64,000 nt of DNA, from positions 448,001-512,000 of the forward strand of contig CAWDYC010000004.1 in NCBI GenBank assembly GCA_963806535.1. Reading direction: 5' to 3'. Shown here one piece after another: positions 1 to 10,080 of the stretch. This DNA is from Candidatus Bathyarchaeota archaeon (lineage in GTDB: Archaea; Thermoproteota; Bathyarchaeia; Bathyarchaeales; Bathycorpusculaceae). Made by a program: the position numbers and the translations under genes. The stretch's first letter is position 1, and each line of letters begins with the position of its first letter. Below the pieces are notes generated by a model. That model did not search any database. It worked only from the letters and a program-made list of their open reading frames with translations, and was not told where the DNA came from.

Positions 1-52
1 TATTATTGAGCGAAAAATTTGTTAGGCTTCCCTTTTCGACCATTGATAACAT
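1..52 (-). CDS. 5' end of an ORF running off the window (MLSMVEKGSLTNFSLNN...)
   Basis: ATG at 52 preceded by GAGGT RBS-like motif; frame open to the edge. Confidence 0.3.
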   Translation of the reverse strand, partial: MLSMVEKGSLTNFSLNN

Positions 53-150
53 ATTACCTCTTTTGTTCGCAATTGCAACAGCAAAGAGAAATTCTGTTAA
101 CAAAATTATTATAATCCACCCTTCAAATAACAGTCACTAAGGCGTCAACT

Positions 151-927
151 ATGAAACAATTCTTAATCACTCCAGCGGCAGGAAAACGATTAATTGCCAA
201 AACCATAGCAAACCACCCAGCAATTAAAAGAGCCCTGAAAAACGGAACGCTTGTGATTGTTGCTGGAACAACTAATGGCTATGTGGCTGAAGAAATTTTC
301 AGAACTAACAATATCTCAAACGATTTCTCTAGGCGCAGATTCTTTAGGGGTATAACTTTGCCGCCGACTCATTCAGTTACCGTTGAGGGGAGGCTTGCTG
401 ACGAAAGCAAGTTTCCGGGTGATGTTGTGATAACTGAGGGTGTTTGGCAGAAAGGCAAAACGATTGCTGACGTTGTTGACACGCTCAAAGAGGGTGATGT
501 TATCTTGAAGGGTGCAAACGCTTTAGATCTAACCCGTAAGCAGGCGGCAATTCTGATTGGTCACCCGAAAGCCGGAACCATAGGTTTAGCCTTACCCGCC
601 ATAGTAGGGCGCCGAGTAAAACTCATAATACCCGTAGGCATTGAGAAACGAATAAACGGCGATTTAACTTCTTTAGCGGAAAAGCTCAACGAACCTGGCT
701 TAAGCGGGTACCGTTTGCTGCCTGTTGTTGGAGAAGTATTTACCGAATTAGACGCGTTAACCGCTTTAACCGGCGCTGAAGTAGATTTGATTGCTGCTGG
801 CGGTGTTTGTGGCGCCGAAGGCTCCTGCTGGATAGCTGTAACTGGGACTGAAGAACAGGAAGAGTTTGCCGCCGAAATTATTGCATCAATAAACTGCGAA
901 CCACCATTTAGTCTTGATAACGAATAA
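151..927 (+). CDS. Conserved hypothetical protein (alpha/beta fold, possibly sugar-phosphate isomerase/CoA-transferase-like)
   Basis: 258-aa ORF with [10 protein letters not shown] and KGANALD motifs; function not assignable. Confidence 0.6.
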   Translation: MKQFLITPAAGKRLIAKTIANHPAIKRALKNGTLVIVAGTTNGYVAEEIFRTNNISNDFSRRRFFRGITLPPTHSVTVEGRLADESKFPGDVVITEGVWQKGKTIADVVDTLKEGDVILKGANALDLTRKQAAILIGHPKAGTIGLALPAIVGRRVKLIIPVGIEKRINGDLTSLAEKLNEPGLSGYRLLPVVGEVFTELDALTALTGAEVDLIAAGGVCGAEGSCWIAVTGTEEQEEFAAEIIASINCEPPFSLDNE

Positions 928-1047
928 TAAAAAAATGATTTGGCTTTTAGCTATTGGCGGTAGAAGAAGCCTTTCCTCCATAAAGTTAAAGAGGTCAAAC
1001 AGTTAAGAGAATTGTTAAAGCGCTCGTATTACAGAGCTTTTCAAAAT

Positions 1048-1241
1048 TTGCAAAAGCCACTAGAAGAAGTGAAAGAACAGCTTCAATCGCTAAAACCTAC
1101 TTTAAATAAACGGTTCAAAGTGGAAACTGTAGCGATATTTGGATCATATGCTCGTGGCGAACAAAATGAAACTCATGACTAGATATTTTGGTTGCGTATT
1201 CAGAAATGGTTGATTTGCTTTTAATCGACTCGTTTACGTAG
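1048..1241 (+). pseudogene. Truncated, frameshifted minimal nucleotidyltransferase (MNT)
   Basis: Manual translation LQKPLEEVKEQLQSLKPTLNKRFKVETVAIFGSYARGEQ..., frameshift, then LDILVAYSE; not in ORF track. Confidence 0.65.
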
Positions 1242-1449
1242 AAACCTCAAACGCAAATTGCATATGAAAGTCGATGTTATTTCTAAAGAGTTCCTTAACA
1301 AATACATCAAAAATATCGATATCGCTCTTTTGGTTTTGTTCTGCTCTAGCGTAGGAGCCAAAAAAACCTATAGTTTTCACTTGGTATCGCTCTTTTAGTA
1401 TTGGTTTAAGCTTTTCTAATTTACTTTTTATATCTTGGTCTATTTTCAT
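1234..1449 (-). pseudogene. Truncated minimal nucleotidyltransferase (MNT)
   Basis: FGSYARAEQNQKSDIDI motif (GS...DxD); C-terminus diverges; no HEPN partner. Confidence 0.7.
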
Positions 1450-1624
1450 TTGTGTTCTCTATTAATTGCAGTTCGCAAGTTTTAGGGGAACAATGCTATC
1501 GCAAAAGTTAGCAGATTTTCATTTGAAAAAGAAGTTGCCATTATTAATTTGCTTTTAAAAAACTTTAACCTCTCATTCCATAGCCTGTTACGGTAAGGTT
1601 TTTCTGTAGAGCGGTTGATTAGAT

Positions 1625-2474
1625 TTGAGCAGATTGTCGCTTCCCCTATATCACATCTACGTAGAGTACGCCGAGCCAGAAAAGTCAGGGGTCCGCTTCA
1701 ACGTTTCCCAAGAGGAACTTACCCGCACCTTCGCCACACCTTTCGCTGCCGGGCAGCCTTTCTGGTTTATGGGCAGACTCCTCAACCCTATCAAAGTCAC
1801 CAAAGTCGTACTCTTCTGGTCGCACGTAACAGCAGACAAACTAGTGCTGCCTAACCATGAAAACCTTGTATCTGCCAAAGACAAAAAATATCTCATCGAA
1901 AGCATCGTCAAAGGCAAAGTCAAAGGCGTTTACCTCTGCACAGAAAAATTTTTACCCTCAACAGAAAACAAGCCTTCCCCCAACCAATCGACAACCTCAG
2001 CTTCAGGGAATTTGAGTCGCAGAATTATCGTTGTTTCCGGCACAGATGAAGAAATGAATCAGGCTCTTAATGAGGCTTTAACTAAACTTTCGCTTATACC
2101 CCTGGTTTTGTGTGAAGAGCCAAGCCAAGGCAAGAAAATAGTAGAGAACTTTAGCAGAGACTACGCCGATGTTGCTTTTGCGGTGGTTTTGTTGTCACCG
2201 GACGATTTTGGGTATGCTAAAAATGATGCCGCTACAAAACGCAAGTTAAGACCTCGGCAAGATGTGGTTTTTGAACTTGGTTTCCTTTTGGGAAAGTCTT
2301 GGCAAGGGCAACGTACTTGTCTTTTTTAGAGAATGCGCAAACTTTGAAATCCCCACAGATTTTGAAGGCATAAAATTCACCGCGTTCGATGATCGTGATA
2401 GCTGGAAACTTGCTCTCATACGTGAACTTTCCAACTGCGGGTTGGCTGTTGACGGTGACAGAATCCTAAAATAA
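1625..2474 (+). CDS. TIR-like nucleotide-binding domain protein (CAP12/Pycsar-type TIR) with unknown N-terminal domain; frameshift near 2297
   Basis: AFAVVLLSPDD, RPRQDVVFELGFLLG, then LGKGNV..FEIPTDFEGI..WKLALIREL in the second frame. Confidence 0.8.
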
Positions 2475-2530
2475 CCACTTAGGTTTGACAGTGAAGTTTC
2501 CATATCAAAATGAACTATCCCTATGCATAG

Positions 2531-3142
2531 TTAATATGCGCTAATATTACGCTTACTTAAGATGTGAACTGCAACTATTAATAGAGAAAGAGGAAGAAGC
2601 ATTAATGGGAAAATTGGAGTGCTGTTTGTATAATGACCGTAAAATGCATACCATAATACGTTATGGAAAGTAAGAAAAATAGCGATAATACCTGAAGCGA
2701 ATGCAAAAATCATGCCAACAATCGAAAAAGTCATGTATTTGACCTTAATAAGAAAAACTCCACTTGCAAGCGTAAAAAAAGATGCGCTCAGAAGCCAAAC
2801 AGCATACCAGAATCCGAAGCCTACTGCTATAGTTGTACCAACGTAGTTAGAGTTTGACGAGAAGTAAATAATCAAACCAGAGCAGAGCATTACTAGAGAC
2901 TCAAGTATCACTAGGGTTGTCATTATTTGCTTCAATTCTGAGACTTTAGATGAATTATTTATTGCTCCCCAGAGAACTAAACTTATGCCACAAAACGCAG
3001 AAAGACTACTAACAGTTGCTGTTGCCTCAGCAAGAGAATATAGTTTGTTATATTGACTTAATTCTGGGTTTGAAGCGAGTAGGCTAATAGACAAATAGCA
3101 AAATGCTGAAGCCACCGCAAGAAGGCTTAACCCACAAATCAA
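2531..3142 (-). CDS. Multi-pass membrane protein
   Basis: 203 aa with about 6 hydrophobic segments. Confidence 0.6.
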   Translation of the reverse strand: MICGLSLLAVASAFCYLSISLLASNPELSQYNKLYSLAEATATVSSLSAFCGISLVLWGAINNSSKVSELKQIMTTLVILESLVMLCSGLIIYFSSNSNYVGTTIAVGFGFWYAVWLLSASFFTLASGVFLIKVKYMTFSIVGMIFAFASGIIAIFLTFHNVLWYAFYGHYTNSTPIFPLMLLPLSLLIVAVHILSKRNISAY

Positions 3143-3494
3143 TGTTTTCTTGCTTATACCAACCCAACCATCTTTGGTTTTATTATTTCTAAACTAAAAA
3201 GAGTTTGCAAACAAAAATAAAATTTGAAAAAATAGGGCTTTCAATAAAATGTGACATAGCATATCCAATAGGCGGCAAAATTCCTCAAGAAGTATGAACT
3301 CACGATTTATCTCTGTTTTTATTTTTTCCTTCTATAGTTATTCCACATGCTAGCGTAAACGCCATTTTTCGGAAAACCAATCATTATCAAACTCTTTCCA
3401 TCCGTGGGGCAGTGTTTTGTGTCTTTTGTTTTCAAAATTTAAGTTTTGGATAAATAAGAACAAGCTATGGCAAAAAAGTGCATAAGAGCAAAAA

Positions 3495-3911
3495 CTAAGG
3501 TATCGTGAATGTTGGAGACGCAAAACAGCCGTCCTCAGTTGTGTCCAGAGTTACAAAATAGTTACCAGTTGGCAAAGTGCAGTTAACTCTTAAAGTTGCG
3601 GATTTACCTTGTAATATTAAAATTGATAGATTCGAGGTTGCTGCAACTGTACCATTATTTTCTTCAATGTATGCTTGAGTAAAATTGATGTCATTCCTAT
3701 TGATGTCACACTTAATTACCTTTACATCAACAAAGACGGCATTAGAAGTACCATTAGTAAAAACATTTGTTATAGCAACTTCTTCTTGAAATGTCCCACC
3801 AGGTTCATGGGTTATTACTCCTTTTGTTGACTCATCAATGCCATATACAATTACAGCAGCAATTACCGCAATCAAAACTACGCTGACAACCACCAAGATA
3901 TCTTTTTTCAT
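3495..3911 (-). CDS. Small N-terminally anchored, pilin-like surface protein
   Basis: N-terminal TM helix followed by a beta-rich domain with N-glycosylation sequons. Confidence 0.55.
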   Translation of the reverse strand: MKKDILVVVSVVLIAVIAAVIVYGIDESTKGVITHEPGGTFQEEVAITNVFTNGTSNAVFVDVKVIKCDINRNDINFTQAYIEENNGTVAATSNLSILILQGKSATLRVNCTLPTGNYFVTLDTTEDGCFASPTFTIP

Positions 3912-4179
3912 TTCATTAACCTAAGTTCAAGCAACCTGTAAACACTATCTCAAAGGATTTAGGATATAACACTTATTTACGCTTGATTCATAAAATCGAT
4001 CTCAACAATCAACCAAAAAAGCGCAAAGAGCAAAAAAATAAATCGAATAACAAATTAATTAAGATAAACAAGAGAAATATGCCAGAAAACCAGCCAAAAA
4101 AACACAATGGATGGCTAACTTTATGGATTTTATTGATTGCGGGTGCAAACGTTTTAGGTAAAGCTAAACAGCATTTACA

Positions 4180-5289
4180 TTAAGAAGGTGGATTGCTTTT
4201 TGCCTTGTGACTGCTTCTTAGGACCAATAACACTACAACTATTATAACTACCGCGACGGCAATTAGGAAGGATAGTCCTGTAAGTATTGCAGAATACAGG
4301 GGATAGAACGGAAAAGCATCAATGAATGGATTAATATTCTGCTTAACATAAGGATAAACATATGAGACTGCGCCATTGTTTGCCCAAATTTGAACTCCCA
4401 AGCCCTGTAACCCTGAAGCAGGCATATTGCTAATGTTTAACATTATGTTCCAATAAGGGTAAAGTGTTGATTTTTCCTTAACGATAGTTTGTAACGTAAC
4501 TGCATAAACTCCAGTAACGTTAAGGTTAGAGACTTTGACTTGAGTCCCATTTCCAAGTGTTGTGTAATAAGAATAAGTCTTGATGTAGTTCTCAGCTATG
4601 TTTATTGCTTGTTCTTTAGAGACACTTATGCTTGTATCACCGATTTTTTGGTAAACCCTGCTGTCAGCAAAGTCCAAGTCAATTGAACTTAGAAAGATAG
4701 TTAAACCAGTGTATTCTGCTCCATTAATTGTAATATAAAAGGAAAATTGACTGTGATTAGGGTATGATGAAATTCTGAGCGTTAAGTTGCCAGATACTTC
4801 AGTGGTATTTCTTTCGGAACCAACAATCTCTAACATGTTTGCCATCTGCTGTACTTGAGGATCCTTCGTTAATGCCTGATATCGCTCAACAATGCCCAAT
4901 GTCCTATTGAAATTATCCTGCTTTGATGGCAAATATTGCAAGCCACCATCGCCTGAATTCAAGCTGCAGTGACCTAAGGTGCCATTATAGAAATTAAAGA
5001 TCGCATTTCCATCAAGTGTTGGAAAAAGATATGAGTCAGCTAAATCCATCGTGTAGAAAAGATGTTCGTTTTCAGTATATTTGGGGTTTAGCGTTAATGT
5101 ATACTTTGAAAGGTCAAGTTGGATAACATCACGAAGAAAGGACAGTGACTTATCCTGCAGATCCTGGCTAGTTGTTGTCGCTTGAACCTTTGGCATTTGT
5201 GGCAAGAGTAGAACAACGATTAACGGAATAAGTACAAAAACAGCTAGTTTCTTACGATCGAATGAGCGACTGACATGATTAGATGTCAA
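4180..5289 (-). CDS. Secreted, C-terminally anchored protein with PepSY/YcdB-like segment
   Basis: Signal peptide (VQA), ISVSKEQAINIAENY..LYPYW..IWANNG, C-terminal TM; paralogous to the middle of 42286..44643. Confidence 0.7.
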   Translation of the reverse strand: MTSNHVSRSFDRKKLAVFVLIPLIVVLLLPQMPKVQATTTSQDLQDKSLSFLRDVIQLDLSKYTLTLNPKYTENEHLFYTMDLADSYLFPTLDGNAIFNFYNGTLGHCSLNSGDGGLQYLPSKQDNFNRTLGIVERYQALTKDPQVQQMANMLEIVGSERNTTEVSGNLTLRISSYPNHSQFSFYITINGAEYTGLTIFLSSIDLDFADSRVYQKIGDTSISVSKEQAINIAENYIKTYSYYTTLGNGTQVKVSNLNVTGVYAVTLQTIVKEKSTLYPYWNIMLNISNMPASGLQGLGVQIWANNGAVSYVYPYVKQNINPFIDAFPFYPLYSAILTGLSFLIAVAVVIIVVVLLVLRSSHKAKSNPPS

Positions 5290-5373
5290 GTAGTCAGATC
5301 CCAGTTCTGTTATGCTCGTTTAATGATTTAAGTTTTTGAAAGAGTAAAGCGGGCGAATCTTGATCAATTTTTT

Positions 5374-5388
5374 TGCATTACTAATGCA
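5374..5388. promoter_or_regulatory. Perfect palindrome TGCATTA-C-TAATGCA just upstream of the ATPase TATA box
   Basis: Seen directly; TTTATA follows at about 5393. Confidence 0.4.
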
Positions 5389-5424
5389 TAAATTTATATT
5401 TTATAAATGCACAGTTTATGGTTG

Positions 5425-6645
5425 ATGATACTCAAAGAAACCCTAAAAAGCATAGTCGAAATTCAACAAAAAGACCTCAAGTTCCTAAACTATGGTATAC
5501 CTCGAACATTAACCAGTGACATTGACCTTACATTGCCATTTGCAATTATCTTGTCTGGCATTAGGCGCTGCGGAAAAAGCACACTGTTACGCCAAGTAAT
5601 GAAAGAAACAAACGGCAAATATTACTTCAATTTTGAAGACCCCAAAGCAATCAATTTTGACCTTAACGATTTCCAGAAGCTGGATGAGCTGTTCCAAGAA
5701 GAATTCGGACATGGAGAATGTTATTATTTTGATGAAATTCAAAATGTGGAAAAATGGGAAATCTTTGTAAGAACTATGCTGGATAAAGGCAAACATTTCC
5801 TAATAACTGGTTCAAACGCTTCACTTTTAAGCAAGGAGCTTGGAACAAAGCTTACAGGCAGGCACTTAAGACAAGAGCTATTTCCATTCTCTTACCGCGA
5901 ATTTCTAGCTTTCACCTCGGGCGAAGAAGGCTCAGAAACTTTCGGAGAATATTTAAAGAAAGGTGGTTTCCCTGAATACCTTCAATTCGGCAGAAGCGAA
6001 ATTCTTCAAGAATTGCTAAATGACATAGTTATGCGAGATATTGTCGTTCGGCATAAACTTAGAAGCCCGAAGGCGATAAAAGAAATGGCGCTATTTCTAA
6101 TTTCAAACGTAGGCGTTGAATTTTCCTATAATAGTCTTGCAAAGACCTTTAGCCTCGGTTCAACTAATACCGCTATTTCGTTTATTTCATATTTAGAAGA
6201 CAGTTACCTTTTGTTTACCGTTCCTAAATTCAGTTATTCTCTAAAAAAACAGTTGGTGAACCCCAAGAAAATATATGTAATAGATAATGGATTAGCTGAC
6301 GTAAATTCAGTGTCTTTTTCATCAAACAAAGGCAGAATACTTGAAAACGCAGTATTTTTGGATCTGCGTAGAAGGGGAAAGGAAATATTTTATTTTAAGG
6401 ACAAAAAGGAATGTGACTTTGTGGTAAAGGAAGAAAGCAGGATCACGCAAGCCATCCAAGTCTGTTACACCTTGAACGAAGACAACAAAACTAGGGAGAT
6501 TGATGGCGTCATGGAAGCTTTAGAGGCATTTGATTTATCTGAAGGATTGATTTTAACCTTTGATCAACAAGATATGCTTAAAATCGACGGAAAAACTATA
6601 AGGGTAGTTCCTGCTTGGCGCTGGTTTGAAGGATTGTTTTCCTAA
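5425..6645 (+). CDS. AAA+ ATPase (AAA_14 + DUF4143, COG1373 type)
   Basis: Walker A GIRRCGKST, FDEIQ, ITGSNA, GGFPE, KIYVIDNG, ECDFVV; alternative start at 5407. Confidence 0.9.
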   Translation: MILKETLKSIVEIQQKDLKFLNYGIPRTLTSDIDLTLPFAIILSGIRRCGKSTLLRQVMKETNGKYYFNFEDPKAINFDLNDFQKLDELFQEEFGHGECYYFDEIQNVEKWEIFVRTMLDKGKHFLITGSNASLLSKELGTKLTGRHLRQELFPFSYREFLAFTSGEEGSETFGEYLKKGGFPEYLQFGRSEILQELLNDIVMRDIVVRHKLRSPKAIKEMALFLISNVGVEFSYNSLAKTFSLGSTNTAISFISYLEDSYLLFTVPKFSYSLKKQLVNPKKIYVIDNGLADVNSVSFSSNKGRILENAVFLDLRRRGKEIFYFKDKKECDFVVKEESRITQAIQVCYTLNEDNKTREIDGVMEALEAFDLSEGLILTFDQQDMLKIDGKTIRVVPAWRWFEGLFS

Positions 6646-6827
6646 GGAATTCTCATCTTGTTGTGCTTGTTATGGCTCGGTAGAACATCAATTTTCCAAG
6701 CTGAACATTTGGGCTAAAATCCCGATAGCCGTTTGTTTTAATCTAAATTTAAGTTTTCGTCAACAGTTAAAGAAACAAGATCCAGAAACCCACCAAAAAT
6801 TTAGGCGATGATCCAAAAAAAGCAAAG

Positions 6828-7310
6828 ATGGGAAAGATTAATTTGGTAAACGTAAAATGTATTGTTATGAGCGACAAAGATAGAGTTGCTCGGTTGCATG
6901 AACTCTTAAAAGACCCTACTCGACAAAAGATACTGCTAAAGCTGGGTGAGCATAATAAACTGAGTTTTGATGAATTAATGAAAGACGTAAAAATTGATGA
7001 CCAAATGCAACTCTACAATGAATTAAAGATTTTGCGTGACTTAGTTACAAAAGCGAAAGGTGAGAATTATCAATTTCAACAAGACGTTGGTTCGAAAGAC
7101 ATTAGCGAGAGGTACGTACTTACTGAAGAAGGACATGATGTTGTTGATTGGATGATAGCTTTTCCAGTGCTCGCTGATGGTAAACTCAAACATCGGGGCG
7201 GTTTGTTCGACGTTTTGTTAATCATGTTTGTTATGATTGTCATGACAATAGTAATTTACTTTATTTTGGTAGCGTTAGGCTTTCATTTGGACACTAGTTG
7301 GGGTGGATAG
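6828..7310 (+). CDS. ArsR-like winged-helix protein with C-terminal transmembrane anchor
   Basis: LHELLKDPTRQKILLKL..LSFDELM..YVLTEEG followed by a hydrophobic helix. Confidence 0.75.
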   Translation: MGKINLVNVKCIVMSDKDRVARLHELLKDPTRQKILLKLGEHNKLSFDELMKDVKIDDQMQLYNELKILRDLVTKAKGENYQFQQDVGSKDISERYVLTEEGHDVVDWMIAFPVLADGKLKHRGGLFDVLLIMFVMIVMTIVIYFILVALGFHLDTSWGG

Positions 7311-7394
7311 TTACTACTCATAACTACTATTTTTTAGAATTGACTGGTTTAATTTCGTAAATCCTATTCGTAAAAGTCTCTTGACTGAGGCTCG

Positions 7395-8837
7395 TTAAAG
7401 TTTGTTTACTGAACTTGTTTTTTGTTTCTTGAAGAAAACCAACAACCCAGCAACCACAACCGCTGTAACTACTGAAACAGCGGCAACAGTTACAATCGGA
7501 AAAAACTCTGACTTGGCTATGATAAAATGGATTGTTTCTGAGGCGCCCATGTTTCCATAAGTGTCATTCGCATAAACTGTGATACTGTGAGACCCGCTTG
7601 GAAGCCCAGTCAAAAATGTGTTGCCAGTTAAGGTCACGTTTTGTTGCCCATCCAGACTATAACCAGTCCAGTTAACAGCTTTGTCAGCAATGAAAAACAG
7701 CTGCACACTAGAATTATCATATGTTTGGTTTGCAGGCGATTGAATTGATATTATTGGCGGAGTATGTTCTAGAACATATGAAGGATCAGGAGTGCCATAT
7801 CCAATAGGGAAATATTGATCATTTCTTGCGCTTGGATAATATGTATCAAAAAAGCGTTGAGGATCTATTCCTCCACCGATAGCGTAGAAAGTGTCGTTGA
7901 CAACAGCCACGCCATAGCCAGCTCGATTTGAAAGCTGGGTAGTAGCAGCATACGTCCAACTGTCATTTGCTGGATTATAAACGCCAGTTTGGTTTTCACT
8001 AAATACATAGATTCGTCTTGGTGTGGAAATACCTGTTGTGGCGTCTCCTGACACTTCAAAAGTTGCATAACCTTGAAGACCCGTGGCATGATAAGGTATG
8101 GTTGAATTAAGAATACTCCATGAATCTTTCAGGGGATCGTAAACTTGGTTCAGTAGGCTCAAGCCTTCGACGTAAATTTTGCCATCAAGCACTGCCGTGA
8201 CAAGGGTATCATAGTTTTTATTTACAGAAGGTGCCTTGCTTTTTGTTACCCATGAATCATTTGCTGGGTTGTATGCATATGTTTCGCCAGAATGACTGAT
8301 TACATAGATTAATCCATTAACAACGCTTGCTTTAATGGGCCACTCTTTCGAAGGCAGAGATGCTTTAGTTTGCCATGTGTTATTTGCAGTGTTGTAAACT
8401 TCATTAATAACACTGACCACTTGAGTATTGAGTCCATAAAATGGTACGCTTGTAAGTCCTCCTATGCAGTAAATTTTGCTTTGATAAACTGCTACTGCAA
8501 AACTCTCTCTTGCCGTTGACATCGGAGCTTTGTAAATCCAACTGTCTGTAATAGGGTTGTATTCTTCGTTGGTATTTACTGTTCCACCATTAAGACCCGC
8601 GTAAAAACCTTGATCTTGATTATACAAGCCAAAAACGTCGTCTCCTCCAATTGCGTAAATCTCACCATTTACTGCAACAACCCCAAGATTGGCTCTTGCA
8701 GTATTCATTGAGGCTTTGGAAACCCATGTGTTCTCAACAGATACAATTGATGAAGCTCCAGAAACAGGCTTATCCGCAATTACCAAAGATGAAGTCAGGC
8801 ATACGAGAATAAGCATTACGGCTAATCCTTTACCCAT
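7395..8837 (-). CDS. Kelch-repeat surface protein with C-terminal Ig-like stalk and membrane anchor
   Basis: Signal peptide, Kelch GG/W repeats (IYAIGG, IYCIGG, FYAIGG), GYSLDGQ..HSITVYAND module, FFP-TM-KKQK. Confidence 0.85.
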   Translation of the reverse strand: MGKGLAVMLILVCLTSSLVIADKPVSGASSIVSVENTWVSKASMNTARANLGVVAVNGEIYAIGGDDVFGLYNQDQGFYAGLNGGTVNTNEEYNPITDSWIYKAPMSTARESFAVAVYQSKIYCIGGLTSVPFYGLNTQVVSVINEVYNTANNTWQTKASLPSKEWPIKASVVNGLIYVISHSGETYAYNPANDSWVTKSKAPSVNKNYDTLVTAVLDGKIYVEGLSLLNQVYDPLKDSWSILNSTIPYHATGLQGYATFEVSGDATTGISTPRRIYVFSENQTGVYNPANDSWTYAATTQLSNRAGYGVAVVNDTFYAIGGGIDPQRFFDTYYPSARNDQYFPIGYGTPDPSYVLEHTPPIISIQSPANQTYDNSSVQLFFIADKAVNWTGYSLDGQQNVTLTGNTFLTGLPSGSHSITVYANDTYGNMGASETIHFIIAKSEFFPIVTVAAVSVVTAVVVAGLLVFFKKQKTSSVNKL

Positions 8838-8863
8838 TTCTAATCAAGTTCTATTTTGGATTC

Positions 8864-8933
8864 GTTTGGCATAAAAGGGTTCTTGTCAAGGTTTCTGGAC
8901 TAAGCAGTGATTTTTTAGTCAAGGTTTGTTGAC
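8864..8933 (-). repeat. Promoter cassette copy A (two 16-bp palindromic boxes + BRE/TATA)
   Basis: Reverse complement matches 38198-38267 at 69/70 nt; boxes at 8885-8900 and 8918-8933. Confidence 0.9.
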
Positions 8934-9170
8934 TTAATGGAGCTTTTTTTGAGTACCACAATTTTACTCAAGTTTGCGACGTTTTGTTTTTCTTGTGTTT
9001 GTCGTTTTATGTGTTTACCCGATTTCGATACTACATTAAACTGTATTCTATAGTATACCTTCCTTATCCATTACCAACATGATATGTATCCTAAACCGAG
9101 TAAACACCAATTGCCTTTTTCTAGAAAATCAATATCCATCTTAGCTTTTCTCCAACATACCGTAAGGTCG

Positions 9171-9207
9171 TTGGTTGGTTGGATTAAAATTTAATCCCAC
9201 CAATCAA
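9171..9207. other. Near-perfect 18-bp-arm inverted repeat
   Basis: TTGGTTGGTTGGATTAAA-A-TTTAATCCCACCAATCAA, 16/18 complementary. Confidence 0.6.
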
Positions 9208-9463
9208 AACAAATCAATGAAAGTGAGTAAGTCTTAAATTTGAATAGCTGAGAATTGAAGGGTTGATGGACTTTTATGTGTAAAAATACAGGCACGGAGA
9301 TTGTAAAACAAAATGGGAAGTAACTCAAAGAGAAATATGGTGCCGAAGTCTATCGTTTTCGGAATAATATCGAGGTTTCACAGGCGCTTAGCGAGTATTA
9401 GTGACTTAGAAACAAAAACATAAAATCGTCAATGTCTATAGTGTAAGGATGTTGTGAGAAAAC

Positions 9464-9691
9464 ATGAAACTCCATTGTGTGAAATGTGGTCGTTTGCTTC
9501 CAAAAGATGAGGGCGCAAAATCTTTGCTACCGTTTGAAGTTTACCGCTGTCAGAATTGCGGGGATGGTTTGCTTTTTAATGTGGCTACAAAAGAAGCTTA
9601 TTTGATTCCTAAAAATCTGGGACTGTTTGAGATGACGCTTGAAAAAGTTAAAGAAGCAATCAACCAAATTCCTTATGATGAAGATTACTAA
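9464..9691 (+). CDS. Small zinc-ribbon protein
   Basis: CVKCG...CQNCG. Confidence 0.65.
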   Translation: MKLHCVKCGRLLPKDEGAKSLLPFEVYRCQNCGDGLLFNVATKEAYLIPKNLGLFEMTLEKVKEAINQIPYDEDY

Positions 9692-9767
9692 CTTATATTG
9701 CAAAGTAGAAACGGGTAAGTATCAGCTCAGAGAGTATTTGGTGGGGGAAGTTTTATTTCTCGAAGTT

Positions 9768-9889
9768 ATGAGCGGGATGAAGATTGGTTAATAACGTGTC
9801 CTGAATGTCATGGTCAAGGTACAATAGGTACAGGGGACAATAGAGTGCGATGTTCAAAATGCGGTGGCTCTGGAAGAATAAAACGATAA
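9768..9889 (+). CDS. About 40-aa DnaJ-type zinc-finger microprotein (needs one extra G in the GGG run after ATG AGC)
   Basis: Manual translation ..DEDWLITCPECHGQGTIGTGDNRVRCSKCGGSGRIKR*. Confidence 0.6.
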
Positions 9890-10080
9890 TACGTTTAAAC
9901 AACTGAAGACACCCACACAGATGTTCTAACTAACTATTTCTTCTTCTTTCAAAACTTACTTTAATTCTCTCTTTATCACACTATCGCCACGTATATCGCC
10001 CAAAAAAGTACAATTGCAATTCAAAACCTTTAAAGAAATAGCTATTGTTGAAACCGTATTCTTTGCTGTTTTTTCTTCGC

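Noticed and set aside
3958-3985. dif-like site (GGATATAA...TTATTT)
   Set aside because: Spacer is 3 nt rather than 6 and arms pair poorly; better explained as a promoter
5313-5331. 19-nt exact inverted match (TTAAATCATTAAACGAGCA) to 56714-56732 inside the wHTH gene
   Set aside because: AT-rich, no flanking homology, single instance; compatible with chance
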